From: an uncultured Clostridia bacterium
GTDB taxonomy: Bacteria; Bacillota; Clostridia; Christensenellales; HGM11417
Length of the DNA: 38,683 nt
Direction: 5' to 3'
Assembly (NCBI GenBank): GCA_964587785.1
Contig: CAZPMG010000001.1
Coordinates: 60,567-99,249, forward strand
In this document: piece after piece, positions 25,387 to 34,466 of the stretch
Position numbering within the stretch: the first letter of the stretch is position 1
Layout: every line of letters starts with the position of its first letter
Notes under the pieces: generated by a model
The model's input: the letters and a program-made list of their open reading frames with translations, nothing else
Database searches by the model: none
What the model was told of the DNA's origin: nothing
Program-made: the position numbers and the translations under genes

Positions 25387-26726
25387 CAGTTTCTACCCGC
25401 CTTGTCAGGCACTTTGTCGCTCTTGTCCTTGATGGAAAACCTGATAGGCGTTCCCTCAAGCGGAAAAGCTTTCCTTAGCGCGTTCTCCAGATAGCGCTTG
25501 TAGGAAAAGTGCAGCAGCCCCGCATCGTTTACGTGCAGCGCGAATATCGGCGGATTGGTATCCACCTGCGCGCAGTAATAGATTTTGAACCTGCGCCCGG
25601 AGCGCGACGGCGGCTCGGTCACAGACACCGCATCGGAGATTACGTCGTTGAGAAGCCCCGTGGTAACGCGCGCGCTTGCGTTTGCGTATACTTTTTTGCA
25701 CAGCCTGAGCAGCTGCTCGTTGCGCTGTCCGGTCTTTGCCGATATGCTTATGCTCTGGAAATAATCCATAAACTTGAGAGCCTCGGCAAGCTTTTTGTTG
25801 AACTCTAAAATGGTATAGGTGTCCTTTTCTACAGCGTCCCACTTGTTTAGAGCAACAACCGAGGGCTTGCCGCGTTCGTGCACATAACCCGCAATGCGCA
25901 CATCCTGCTCGGTTATCTCCTCGCACGCGTCCAGCATTATTATGCACACGTCCGCGCGGTCGATTGCCGCAAGCGCCCTGAGCGCGCTGTAGCTCTCTAC
26001 GCTGTCGTCTACACTGCGCTTCCTGCGCATACCGGCGGTGTCAATTATCACATAGTTCTCGCCCTCAAAGGTAAAGGGCGTATCAAGCGAATCGCGCGTA
26101 GTTCCCGCAATGTCTGTGACTATTGAACGCTCAAAGCCGAGTATCTTGTTTGCAAGGCTGGACTTGCCCACGTTGGGCCTGCCCACCACTGCAATCTTTA
26201 CCGAGTCTGCGTAAGGGTCCTCGGTGACAATATTTTTAAAGTGCGCGCACACATCGTCCAGCAGGTCTCCTATGCCAAGTCCACCCTCGGAGGAAATGGG
26301 ATACACCTCGCCCAGCCCCAGCGAATAAAACTCTGCCGCCGCCTCGGGGGAATATGTGTCTACCTTGTTGAGCACGGTAAGCACGGGCTTATTTCTGCGG
26401 CGGAGCATATCCGCCAAATCAAAGTCCTCGTGCGCAAGCCCTGTCTTGTAGTCCACAAAAAACAGTATTACGTCAGCGGTGTCCATGGCGGTCTCCGCCT
26501 GCTCGCGCACACGTCCGCTTATCTCGCCGCTGCCGATAAGCTCAAGCCCGCCGGTATCTACCAGCGTAAAAAGTTTGCCCGCCCAATCGCAGTCCGCATA
26601 GAGGCGGTCGCGCGTGACGCCCGGCCTGTCCTCAACTATGGATATCCTGCGTCCGGCAACGCGATTGAAAAACGTGGATTTGCCCACATTGGGACGCCCC
26701 ACAATTGCCACTAAAGGTTTTGCCAA
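25386..26726 (-). CDS. der: Ribosome-associated GTPase Der/EngA (tandem G domains plus KH-like domain)
   Basis: Two G domains (GRPNVGKST twice, DTGG/DTAG, NKVD/NKWD). I reassigned the start to TTG 26726 (MAKPLVAIVGRPNVGKS), preceded by GGAG with a 9-nt spacer. The ORF-track N-terminal 27 aa look non-coding. Confidence 0.9.
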   Translation of the reverse strand: MAKPLVAIVGRPNVGKSTFFNRVAGRRISIVEDRPGVTRDRLYADCDWAGKLFTLVDTGGLELIGSGEISGRVREQAETAMDTADVILFFVDYKTGLAHEDFDLADMLRRRNKPVLTVLNKVDTYSPEAAAEFYSLGLGEVYPISSEGGLGIGDLLDDVCAHFKNIVTEDPYADSVKIAVVGRPNVGKSSLANKILGFERSIVTDIAGTTRDSLDTPFTFEGENYVIIDTAGMRRKRSVDDSVESYSALRALAAIDRADVCIIMLDACEEITEQDVRIAGYVHERGKPSVVALNKWDAVEKDTYTILEFNKKLAEALKFMDYFQSISISAKTGQRNEQLLRLCKKVYANASARVTTGLLNDVISDAVSVTEPPSRSGRRFKIYYCAQVDTNPPIFALHVNDAGLLHFSYKRYLENALRKAFPLEGTPIRFSIKDKSDKVPDKAGRN

Positions 26727-26940
26727 GTATATAATCTCCGGAAATAATAATGATGCCGCGCCGCAAAGGCTTGCTATCATTGCGTAAAGGTTGCCGCAAA
26801 GCCGCACCGATTACATATAAAAGTAAAGTGTTCCGCTGCGTATATGGGCAGCTAAACACCGCGCTAATGCAAGCTTAACCGCTTTTTCAGTGCGGTTATG
26901 CCGCCGAGTACTTATTCTGCCCTGAGAAACGCCTCATATT

Positions 26941-26969
26941 ATTATAAGAAAACTTGCCGTTATTGTAAA
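26941..26969 (-). promoter_or_regulatory. Promoter TTTACA-17-TATAAT upstream of der
   Basis: The minus strand reads TTTACA (26969..26964), a 17-nt spacer, then TATAAT (26946..26941). It leaves a leader of about 200 nt before the der TTG start. Confidence 0.6.
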
Positions 26970-27153
26970 GTCATTTTGTGCACGCTAATAAATTTGTCCT
27001 CTTTCCGCCGTTTTAAACGTCCATTATAGACAATCAACCGCGGTTAATACGCGGCTGATTGTGGGATTAACAGTTTGATGCAATTATTTAATATGTCTAA
27101 GTTATAAGCAGCTTTTAAAGTTAATTGAGCACAAGCAGCGCATTTTACCGGCA

Positions 27154-27735
27154 TTAAAGCATACGCCTCAGCCGCAAGAATATTGCCGCGCAGGCTGCGG
27201 CCTTGAGCACCTCCGCAGGCAGGTATACCAAAAAGAAACCGCTGAATATAGGCCAGAACGATATGCCGGACATCCCCTTTACCACAAGCGCATAGTACAG
27301 CGCGCCTATTGCAAGGTCAAGCGTTGCGCACAAAAACAGCGCGGCGGCAACGCGCCAATAGCCGGGGCGTATCTTTCTGAGCAGCAGGCCGCTTAGGAAA
27401 GCTGTGGGCACAAGACCTAATAGGTAGCCGAACGACGGGTACACGACGTATTGAAAGCCGCCCCCGGCCGTGAATATTGGCAGACCTATCAGCCCGATAA
27501 GCACGTACGCGCCCGCGGCGGCAGCCCCTCTGCGTGCGCCCAAAAAACTGCCCGCAAGCAGACAGAAAAACGTCTGTAATGTATAGGGTATACTTAGTAC
27601 GCGAATCTGTATGAATGCTCCCGCCGCAATGAGCGCGGCAAACAGCGCTATGTATACCAACGATTTTGTGACGCTTCCGTCGCCCAGCGCACCCGCCGCG
27701 GGACGGAGCTTTTGACTGCTTTTGCTATGTCGCAT
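27154..27735 (-). CDS. bioY: Biotin transporter BioY (ECF S-component type)
   Basis: PYTLQTFFCLLAGSFLG...YVLIGLIGLPIFTAGGG...SFGYLLG matches the BioY signature. It is a multi-pass membrane protein. Confidence 0.88.
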   Translation of the reverse strand: MRHSKSSQKLRPAAGALGDGSVTKSLVYIALFAALIAAGAFIQIRVLSIPYTLQTFFCLLAGSFLGARRGAAAAGAYVLIGLIGLPIFTAGGGFQYVVYPSFGYLLGLVPTAFLSGLLLRKIRPGYWRVAAALFLCATLDLAIGALYYALVVKGMSGISFWPIFSGFFLVYLPAEVLKAAACAAIFLRLRRML

Positions 27736-27782
27736 AAGCGTTTCTCCTGTGAAGATATTATTTCAATGGTTGTTTATTATTT

Positions 27783-27837
27783 TATATAGCGGTTGTGCAT
27801 ACATATTGTAAACTAAATTTATTATCAGGTTTACAAT
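27783..27837 (-). promoter_or_regulatory. bioY promoter with overlapping BirA-type operator (9-bp inverted repeat, 15-nt spacer)
   Basis: ATTGTAAAC (27805..27813), N15, GTTTACAAT (27829..27837). The minus-strand -35 TTTACA (27812..27807) lies inside the left half-site. The -10 TATATA is at 27788..27783, giving an 18-nt spacer. Confidence 0.6.
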
Positions 27838-27851
27838 GATGCTTTTTTTCT

Positions 27852-27884
27852 GCCCGCACATTGCTGTGCGGGCGGGTTTTTATT
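27852..27884 (+). terminator. GC-rich hairpin with U-tract on the plus strand only
   Basis: GCCCGCACA-TTGC-TGTGCGGGC followed by GGGTTTTTATT, with a T-run upstream. On the minus strand the tail is an A-run, so this is not a canonical terminator for the PPIase-like gene. Confidence 0.4.
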
Positions 27885-27977
27885 AATGTCAAGATTATGT
27901 TTTACTTTGGATTAAACTTAAGCAAGCAGGCAATATTCACCATTTAAGTATGACGGATTGCTTATTACGCTTAACGG

Positions 27978-28811
27978 TTAAGCAGCAACCTTTATCGTCC
28001 AGTTCTTTACAAAGTCACCTAACTTGTAGTCTACGCCGTGGGTATCTATTTCAATTTTGTTTATGAACGCATGGGTATCGCGGTCGGTTGATGAGAGCGA
28101 CAGCTTTTGGATTTCATTGAACACTATCTCAACAGCGGTCTGCCCATATTCTTTTTCGTCGCCGTCTTCCCAAATGCGCACGCGGGTAATCTGACCGAAC
28201 GCGGCGTATTTACCTTTATAGTCGGCGTCCTTTACCGTGTCGGCAATTGCAAACCTGCTGTATGCAGAGTTGTTGTCGCCAGTACGCAGCATGAACATTG
28301 TGCCGCGCTTGAACGTAATATCGTTTTTCTCGTATTCGTTATCTTCAAACTCGCCTATTACGGTGTAGGCAGGCTCAACCGTTGTATACGTATCATTGCG
28401 GTCGCTGCTTTGGTCGTCCTCGTCTTCAAGCACCTTTTCAAAGTATTTATAGCCGAAGGAGGCGTACGCTTCACTGACGGAATCCACCGTCAACCTGCTG
28501 CGCTCCGCCGCGCTGCTGTCGGCGGGATCGTTATAAAATTCGTCGTTTACAAGCTTGATAAAGTTTGTGACGGTAATAGGAGCCTTGTCATAGAAAAGTT
28601 CAAACTCCAGTTCCACTAAAAAGTGTTTATCAGGGGAACCCGGCAGCTCAAACTCAAGAGTAATCTTGCCCGTGGGGTTTTTTCCGGAGGACACGTTTAC
28701 CATGTCTTTGTCCTCCATGAACTTAGGGCCGCCGCCGCACGCCGCGAACATAAACAGCCCCGACGCCGCGAGCAGCAGCGCGGCAATACGCACAAAATTG
28801 CTCTTTCTCAT
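27978..28811 (-). CDS. Lipoprotein with divergent cyclophilin-like (PPIase-fold) domain
   Basis: Signal peptide with lipobox (LFMFAAC). FELFYDKAPITVTNFIKLV and GTMFMLRTGDNNSAYSRFAI...GKYAAFGQI resemble cyclophilin segments. The FHR...QGGD block is not recognisable. Confidence 0.65.
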   Translation of the reverse strand: MRKSNFVRIAALLLAASGLFMFAACGGGPKFMEDKDMVNVSSGKNPTGKITLEFELPGSPDKHFLVELEFELFYDKAPITVTNFIKLVNDEFYNDPADSSAAERSRLTVDSVSEAYASFGYKYFEKVLEDEDDQSSDRNDTYTTVEPAYTVIGEFEDNEYEKNDITFKRGTMFMLRTGDNNSAYSRFAIADTVKDADYKGKYAAFGQITRVRIWEDGDEKEYGQTAVEIVFNEIQKLSLSSTDRDTHAFINKIEIDTHGVDYKLGDFVKNWTIKVAA

Positions 28812-28978
28812 AGTTAACCTCCGCCATGTATGGATGTTTCAAAAAAAATACGGTACTTAGCCGCAAAGGCAATTGCCTTTAAACCGTGCGTATAAATCAA
28901 AAATACGGCAAAGAGCCTGTACATACACGCTCTAATCGGCATACACCTTTGTTATTTTATCATAAACGCCGGCGTTTA

Positions 28979-29623
28979 TCAACTCAAATCAATGAATTGG
29001 TCAATTAATTTGCACAGCTCTTCCATGCCTGCGCCCGTCTGCGATGAAACGGGCACAATATCGTCCGTGCCCATGCCCAGCGTGCTTGCAATGACGCTCT
29101 TGTGCGCGGCAATCTTTGACCGGGCGATCTTGTCGGACTTGTTTGCCACAACCAAAAAAGGTATGCGGCGGCTGTTGAAAAACTGAGTGAGCTGAATGTC
29201 CAGCTCGGTGGGCGGATGGCGGATGTCAACCAGCATAAGCACTCGGCGGAGCAGCTCCTCGCCCAAAAGATAGGCGGAAATCAGCCTTTCCCAGCCGGCC
29301 TTTTCCGACTTGGGCGCACGCGCAAAGCCGTAGCCGGGCAGGTCTGTAAGTACATAGCTGCCAAAGTCAAAATAGTTTATCAGCCGCGTGCGTCCGGGCG
29401 CGGAGGAAACCTTTGCCAGCTTTTTGCTGCCGCCCAGCATATTGATGAGCGAGGATTTGCCCACGTTGGACTTGCCGGAGACGGCTATGTGCGGCCGCCC
29501 GTCACGGAAAAAACCGCCCGAGTCCGCCGCAGATTTAATAAACTTGCCCTGCACGGGCGGTTGAAAAGTTAAAGGGGAGCGCGCGCCTTTGTGCTCCGCC
29601 CCCCTGTTATCAGTTTGCTTCAT
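28979..29623 (-). CDS. engB: Ribosome biogenesis GTPase EngB/YsxC/YihA
   Basis: SGKSNVGKSSLINML, DLPGYG and NKSDK motifs. The start overlaps the lon 3' end by 14 nt. The lon-engB linkage is conserved. Confidence 0.9.
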   Translation of the reverse strand: MKQTDNRGAEHKGARSPLTFQPPVQGKFIKSAADSGGFFRDGRPHIAVSGKSNVGKSSLINMLGGSKKLAKVSSAPGRTRLINYFDFGSYVLTDLPGYGFARAPKSEKAGWERLISAYLLGEELLRRVLMLVDIRHPPTELDIQLTQFFNSRRIPFLVVANKSDKIARSKIAAHKSVIASTLGMGTDDIVPVSSQTGAGMEELCKLIDQFIDLS

Positions 29624-31946
29624 GTCCGCGCACCAGCGAGTTTTGAAAAACCGCGTTTATGTCGTCGGTGAGTATCAGGTTTATGTCGCGCTTTATCTTT
29701 TCAGGCAAATCCACCACGTCTTTTTCATTCTCACGCGGGATTATCACAGTCTTTATGCCCACGCGGTGAGCGGCAAGCGCCTTTTCCTTTAATCCGCCGA
29801 TTGCCAGCACCTTACCGCGCAGCGTAACCTCACCCGTCATGGCGACGTTGTGGCTGACCGGCAGCGACGTGAGCGCCGACAGTATGGCGGTTGCCATGGT
29901 TATGCCCGCGCTGGGGCCGTCCTTGGGGATTGCGCCCTCGGGCACGTGGATGTGTATGTCGTTTTTCATAAAGGTTTGCGGGTCGATATTCCAGTCTGCG
30001 GCCCTTGACTTTACAAGGCTTAGCGCCGTGCGCGCGGACTCCTTCATGACCTCGCCCAGCTTGCCGGTGAGCACTATCTCGCCCTTGCCCGGCGCAAGCG
30101 AAACCTCAATGGTAAGCGTAGTGCCGCCCACAGCCGTCCAGGCAAGCCCCGTTGCCGCGCCCACCTCGTCCACCGCGGGACGGGGGTCCGCATTGTATAC
30201 CGGCACGCCCAAATAATCCTGCAGATTGTCGCTGGTCACAATTATCTTGTCATACGGCTTGCCCGACTCTACTATCTTGCGCACGGCCTTGCGGCAGATT
30301 GCGGCAATTTGCTTTTCCAAGCTGCGCACGCCGGATTCGCGCGTATACAGCGCGATAATGCTGCGCAGCGTAACCTCGCTGAGCACGGCGCTGCCCTCTT
30401 TAAGCCCGTGTGCGGACTCTTGCTTGGGAACCAAATATTTGCGGGCAATCTCCACCTTTTCGTCCTCGGTGTAGCCCGTAAGATTGATAATTTCCATGCG
30501 GTCGAGCAGCGGCTCGGGTATGGTGTCGGCGGTGTTTGCCGTGCATATGAACATAACCTCTGAAAGGTCGTAGGGAAGTTCAAGGAAATGGTCGCGGAAA
30601 GCGTGGTTTTGCTCGGGGTCTAAGACCTCAAGCAAAGCGGAAGCCGGGTCGCCGCGGAAATCCGAGGACATCTTGTCCACCTCATCCAGCAAAAACACGG
30701 GGTTAAGCGAGCCTGCCGCCTTCATGTGATAAATTATGCGGCCGGGTATTGCGCCTATATATGTGCGCCTGTGGCCTCTTATCTCCGCCTCGTCGCGCAC
30801 TCCGCCAAGGCTCATGCGCACAAACTTGCGCCCCAGCGCACGCGCCACGGATTTTGCAATGGACGTCTTGCCCACGCCCGGAGGCCCGACAAAGCACAGT
30901 ATAGAGCCCTTGTGCCGTCCGGCAAACTTGCCCACGGCAATATATTCGATTATGCGTTCCTTTACCTTTTCCAGCCCGAAGTGGTCGGCCTCTAATACGT
31001 CCGCCGCGGCGCTCAATTCCTTGGTGTCCTCGGTGCGCACGCTCCACGGCAAATCGCACACCCAATCACAGTAAGTGCGTATGTTTGCCGCCTCGGGTGA
31101 GCCCGCGGGCATTTTGGTCAGGCGTGAAAGCTCCTTGAGCGCCTTTTCCTCAAGCTCCTTGGGCATATTCAGCGCCTCAATCCTGCGCTTGTATTGCTCT
31201 ATCTCGTCCGTGCCGTCGCCAAGCTCCTCGGATATCGCCTTCATCTGCTCGCGCAGATAGTATTCCTTTTGGCTCTGGTCAATGGACTTTTTCACGCGGC
31301 CGGATATCTTGCGGTCTATCTTGATTATCTCTATTTCGTTTTGCAGTATTTGGCAAAGCATCTCAAGGCGCTTTTCCTCATTCAGCTCCTCAAGCAGGCG
31401 CTGACGGTCGCGCTCGGCATGCACAAGTATGGCGGCAACGTGGTTTACAAAACCCTCTGCATCCATAAACGCATCGGCGGCTTTGACTGTCTCGTCGTTT
31501 ATCTTGTTGTCAAGCTTGGCAAAGTCAGCGATAAGCTCAAGCGCCTGGCGCTTGTATGCCAAAAACACCTTTTCCTCGGCGGCATACGGCTGCACGGGCA
31601 CGGCCGCTGCGCTGATAAAATCTTCGCCCTCGCTGTACTCGCTTACCTTTGCGCGGTATACGCCGTGCACGAGCACGCGCACATTGTCGCCGGATATCTT
31701 GAGAACCTGGCTTACCTTGCACACCGTTCCCGTGCCTAAGATATCCGAAAGCACCGGCTCTGCCACGGACGGCGAAAGCTGGGGCACCAAAAATATATGC
31801 TTGTCCTCTTCCATGGCGCGGTTGAGCGCCGCCACGGACTTAGGCCGCCCTATGTCAAAGTTGAGCGACATGGACGGAAACACCACCAGCCCCCTCAGGG
31901 GAATCAGCGGCAATATATTAAGTTTTTCTGCGTCTGTATTGGTCAT
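29610..31946 (-). CDS. lon: ATP-dependent Lon protease (LonA)
   Basis: N-terminal LON domain, Walker [10 protein letters not shown], and a protease domain with [10 protein letters not shown]. Confidence 0.97.
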   Translation of the reverse strand: MTNTDAEKLNILPLIPLRGLVVFPSMSLNFDIGRPKSVAALNRAMEEDKHIFLVPQLSPSVAEPVLSDILGTGTVCKVSQVLKISGDNVRVLVHGVYRAKVSEYSEGEDFISAAAVPVQPYAAEEKVFLAYKRQALELIADFAKLDNKINDETVKAADAFMDAEGFVNHVAAILVHAERDRQRLLEELNEEKRLEMLCQILQNEIEIIKIDRKISGRVKKSIDQSQKEYYLREQMKAISEELGDGTDEIEQYKRRIEALNMPKELEEKALKELSRLTKMPAGSPEAANIRTYCDWVCDLPWSVRTEDTKELSAAADVLEADHFGLEKVKERIIEYIAVGKFAGRHKGSILCFVGPPGVGKTSIAKSVARALGRKFVRMSLGGVRDEAEIRGHRRTYIGAIPGRIIYHMKAAGSLNPVFLLDEVDKMSSDFRGDPASALLEVLDPEQNHAFRDHFLELPYDLSEVMFICTANTADTIPEPLLDRMEIINLTGYTEDEKVEIARKYLVPKQESAHGLKEGSAVLSEVTLRSIIALYTRESGVRSLEKQIAAICRKAVRKIVESGKPYDKIIVTSDNLQDYLGVPVYNADPRPAVDEVGAATGLAWTAVGGTTLTIEVSLAPGKGEIVLTGKLGEVMKESARTALSLVKSRAADWNIDPQTFMKNDIHIHVPEGAIPKDGPSAGITMATAILSALTSLPVSHNVAMTGEVTLRGKVLAIGGLKEKALAAHRVGIKTVIIPRENEKDVVDLPEKIKRDINLILTDDINAVFQNSLVRGHEAN

Positions 31947-31995
31947 GTTTTCTCCGGGTATTGCAAGATGCCTGCGGCGGTGTCTGTGCGGCGGC

Positions 31996-33249
31996 CTATG
32001 CTATCTGCGCGCCGCCGTCCTCCCCGCGCTTTACAAGGCTGGGCTGGCCGCCGGACACGGCTTCCTGCGTAACTATTACCTTTTTTATGCTCTTGTCGGA
32101 CGGCACGCGGTACATGATGTCAAGCATGATGTTTTCAAGTATAGTGCGAAGACCGCGCGCGCCTGTCTTTAGCTCGATTGCCCTGCGCGCGATTGCGCGG
32201 ACGGCGTCGTCATTGAACTCAAGCTCTACGTCGTCAAAGCCCAGCAGGCTCTTGTACTGCTTTACAAGCGCGTTCTTTGGCTTTGTCAATATGCTGCACA
32301 GCGCTTCCTCGTTAAGCTCCTCTATCGCCACGACGATGGGCAGCCTGCCCACAAACTCGGGTATCAGACCGAACTTTATCAGGTCTTGAGGTTGAATGTC
32401 GGAATAAAGCTCGGCTACGCTCTCGTCCTTGCCCGCCTTAATCTTGTTGCCGAAACCAAGCGACGCGGCATCCTTGCGCTTGCCTATTATCTTGTCAAGC
32501 CCCACAAACGCGCCGCCGCAGATAAACAATATGTTTGTGGTGTCTATCTGTATCATCTCCTGATTGGGGTGCTTGCGGCCGCCCTGCGGGGGCACGGATG
32601 CCACCGTACTTTCTATTATCTTGAGCAGCGCCTGCTGCACGCCCTCGCCGGACACGTCGCGCGTGATGGACATATTTTCGCTCTTGCGCGCTATCTTGTC
32701 GATTTCGTCAATATAGATTATGCCGCGCTCGGCCTTTTGAACGTCATAGTCTGCGGACTGAATGAGCTTTAGCAGTATGTTTTCCACATCCTCGCCCACA
32801 TAGCCCGCCTCAGTAAGCGTGGTTGCATCGGCAATGGCAAAGGGCACATTGAGCACCTTTGCAAGCGTGCGCGCAAGCATGGTCTTGCCGCAGCCCGTGG
32901 GTCCGAGCAGTAATACGTTGCTCTTTTCCATCTCTATCTTGTCTTTGATGCCCTTTACGTCCTTATAGCGTACGCGCTTGTAGTGATTATATACTGCAAC
33001 CGAAAGTACGCGCTTTGCGCTGTCCTGGCCGACTATATAGTTGTCAAGCTGCGCCTTGATTTCCTCAGGCGTAAGCAGCTTTGCGTCGGTATCGGGCGCA
33101 GTGACCGGCTTTTGCATATCTAAGATATCCTGGCATATACCCACGCAGTCGTCGCAGATATAGTTGCCGTTGGGGCCGGATATGAGTTTACGCGCAAGTC
33201 CCGCGGGTTTGCCGCAGAACGAACACGATTTTTCCTGATTAATTTTCAT
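31996..33249 (-). CDS. clpX: ATP-dependent Clp protease ATP-binding subunit ClpX
   Basis: N-terminal zinc ribbon CSFCGK...CDDC, Walker A GPTGCGKT, and IYIDEIDKI. Confidence 0.97.
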   Translation of the reverse strand: MKINQEKSCSFCGKPAGLARKLISGPNGNYICDDCVGICQDILDMQKPVTAPDTDAKLLTPEEIKAQLDNYIVGQDSAKRVLSVAVYNHYKRVRYKDVKGIKDKIEMEKSNVLLLGPTGCGKTMLARTLAKVLNVPFAIADATTLTEAGYVGEDVENILLKLIQSADYDVQKAERGIIYIDEIDKIARKSENMSITRDVSGEGVQQALLKIIESTVASVPPQGGRKHPNQEMIQIDTTNILFICGGAFVGLDKIIGKRKDAASLGFGNKIKAGKDESVAELYSDIQPQDLIKFGLIPEFVGRLPIVVAIEELNEEALCSILTKPKNALVKQYKSLLGFDDVELEFNDDAVRAIARRAIELKTGARGLRTILENIMLDIMYRVPSDKSIKKVIVTQEAVSGGQPSLVKRGEDGGAQIA

Positions 33250-33489
33250 GTTTACCTCTGTTTTCGCCCGCCGGAAAGGCAGGGCGCAAATAGATAAGAT
33301 ATAGACTAAGAACGGACGGCTGATGCCTTTTCCGTCAGCATAAAACTGCGGCGATGCAGCAACTTGCCTGCGGCTGAAAACGCGGCTTACGGCAAGTTTT
33401 TTCTTTGAAGTAATTACGGCAAAGCTCTATGCCCGCACCGCCTGCTTTGAAAAGCGTTTTATTATGCGAAAACTTCTCCGTTACACCTG

Positions 33490-34071
33490 TTACTTTCTTG
33501 CCGTATATATGCGGTCGATTAGGCCGTACTGCTTGGCTTCCTCCGCCGACATATAGTAATCGCGCTCTACGTCAGCCTTTATGCGCTCTATGGGCTGGCC
33601 GGTGGAAGAGCTTAAGATTTCGTTGAGCTTGCTCTTGATTTTGAGTATCTGGCGCGCCTGAATTTCTATGTCTGTCGCCTGACCCTGCGCGCCGCCAAGC
33701 GGCTGGTGAATCATTATCTCGCTGTTGGGCAGCGCCGCGCGCTTGCCCTTTGCGCCCGCCGCAAGCAGCACTGCGCCCATGCTCGCCGCAAGCCCCACGC
33801 ATATGGTGGCAACGTCGGGCTTTACGTATGTCATGGTGTCGTATATCGCCATGCCCGCGGTTACAGAACCGCCCGGGCTGTTGATGTAAAGGTAAATGTC
33901 CTTTTCCGGGTCCTTGCCCTCAAGGTACAGCAGCTGCGCAACTATTATGTTTGCGCTCACGTCGTTGACCGGGCCCGCCAAAAATACTATGCGGTCCTCA
34001 AGCAGCCGCGAATATATGTCGTATGAACGCTCGCCGCGGTTGCTTTGCTCAATTACCATTGGTATCAGCAT
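33490..34071 (-). CDS. clpP: ATP-dependent Clp protease proteolytic subunit ClpP
   Basis: [28 protein letters not shown] and IMIHQPLGG catalytic-triad context. Confidence 0.97.
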   Translation of the reverse strand: MLIPMVIEQSNRGERSYDIYSRLLEDRIVFLAGPVNDVSANIIVAQLLYLEGKDPEKDIYLYINSPGGSVTAGMAIYDTMTYVKPDVATICVGLAASMGAVLLAAGAKGKRAALPNSEIMIHQPLGGAQGQATDIEIQARQILKIKSKLNEILSSSTGQPIERIKADVERDYYMSAEEAKQYGLIDRIYTARK

Positions 34072-34466
34072 ATGATAAATCCTCCGATATCTTTAAAAAA
34101 TTTTATGGCGGCAGCCGCCTTTTTCGCTGTCTGCGCACAGCCCGTACGGGTAAAACTTCAAAAGTCTGACGTGCTGCCCGCTTAGAAAGCGGCGGGCACT
34201 CTATGCGGTTTGCCGCATTTTGTCGAATTTTGTAAGTTTTCCGCTCTGCTTAAAATATAATTTAAATTAAGCGCGGCTTTTTTCCCAAAATACCGTGTCT
34301 GACATCTGCGCAAGGCACTTGAAACTGCGGTAAAAAACACCGTACGGCCGTAACCTGCTTTAAAACACTGCCTTTTACCTATATTACAGATAAGACAGTT
34401 AAATATATGCCTGCCGCTATATTATTGTAACAGCATTTGAGCCAAACTAAACGCCCGTTACGCAAA

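Noticed and set aside
26727-26807. N-terminal 27-codon extension of der, which I considered as a possible membrane anchor or fusion.
   Set aside because: A GGAG-N9-TTG start gives the canonical Der N-terminus. The extension contains the RBS itself and has no supporting features.
33361-33405. Hairpins with T-tails on the plus strand inside minus-strand operons. Examples are AACTTGCC...GGCAAGTT-TTTTTCTTT in the clpP-clpX spacer, 27852..27884, and 34203..34230. I considered them as hints of antisense genes.
   Set aside because: No plus-strand ORF or promoter accompanies them. On the sense (minus) RNA they are hairpins preceded by A-runs, which are most simply mRNA-stabilising or processing structures or chance palindromes.
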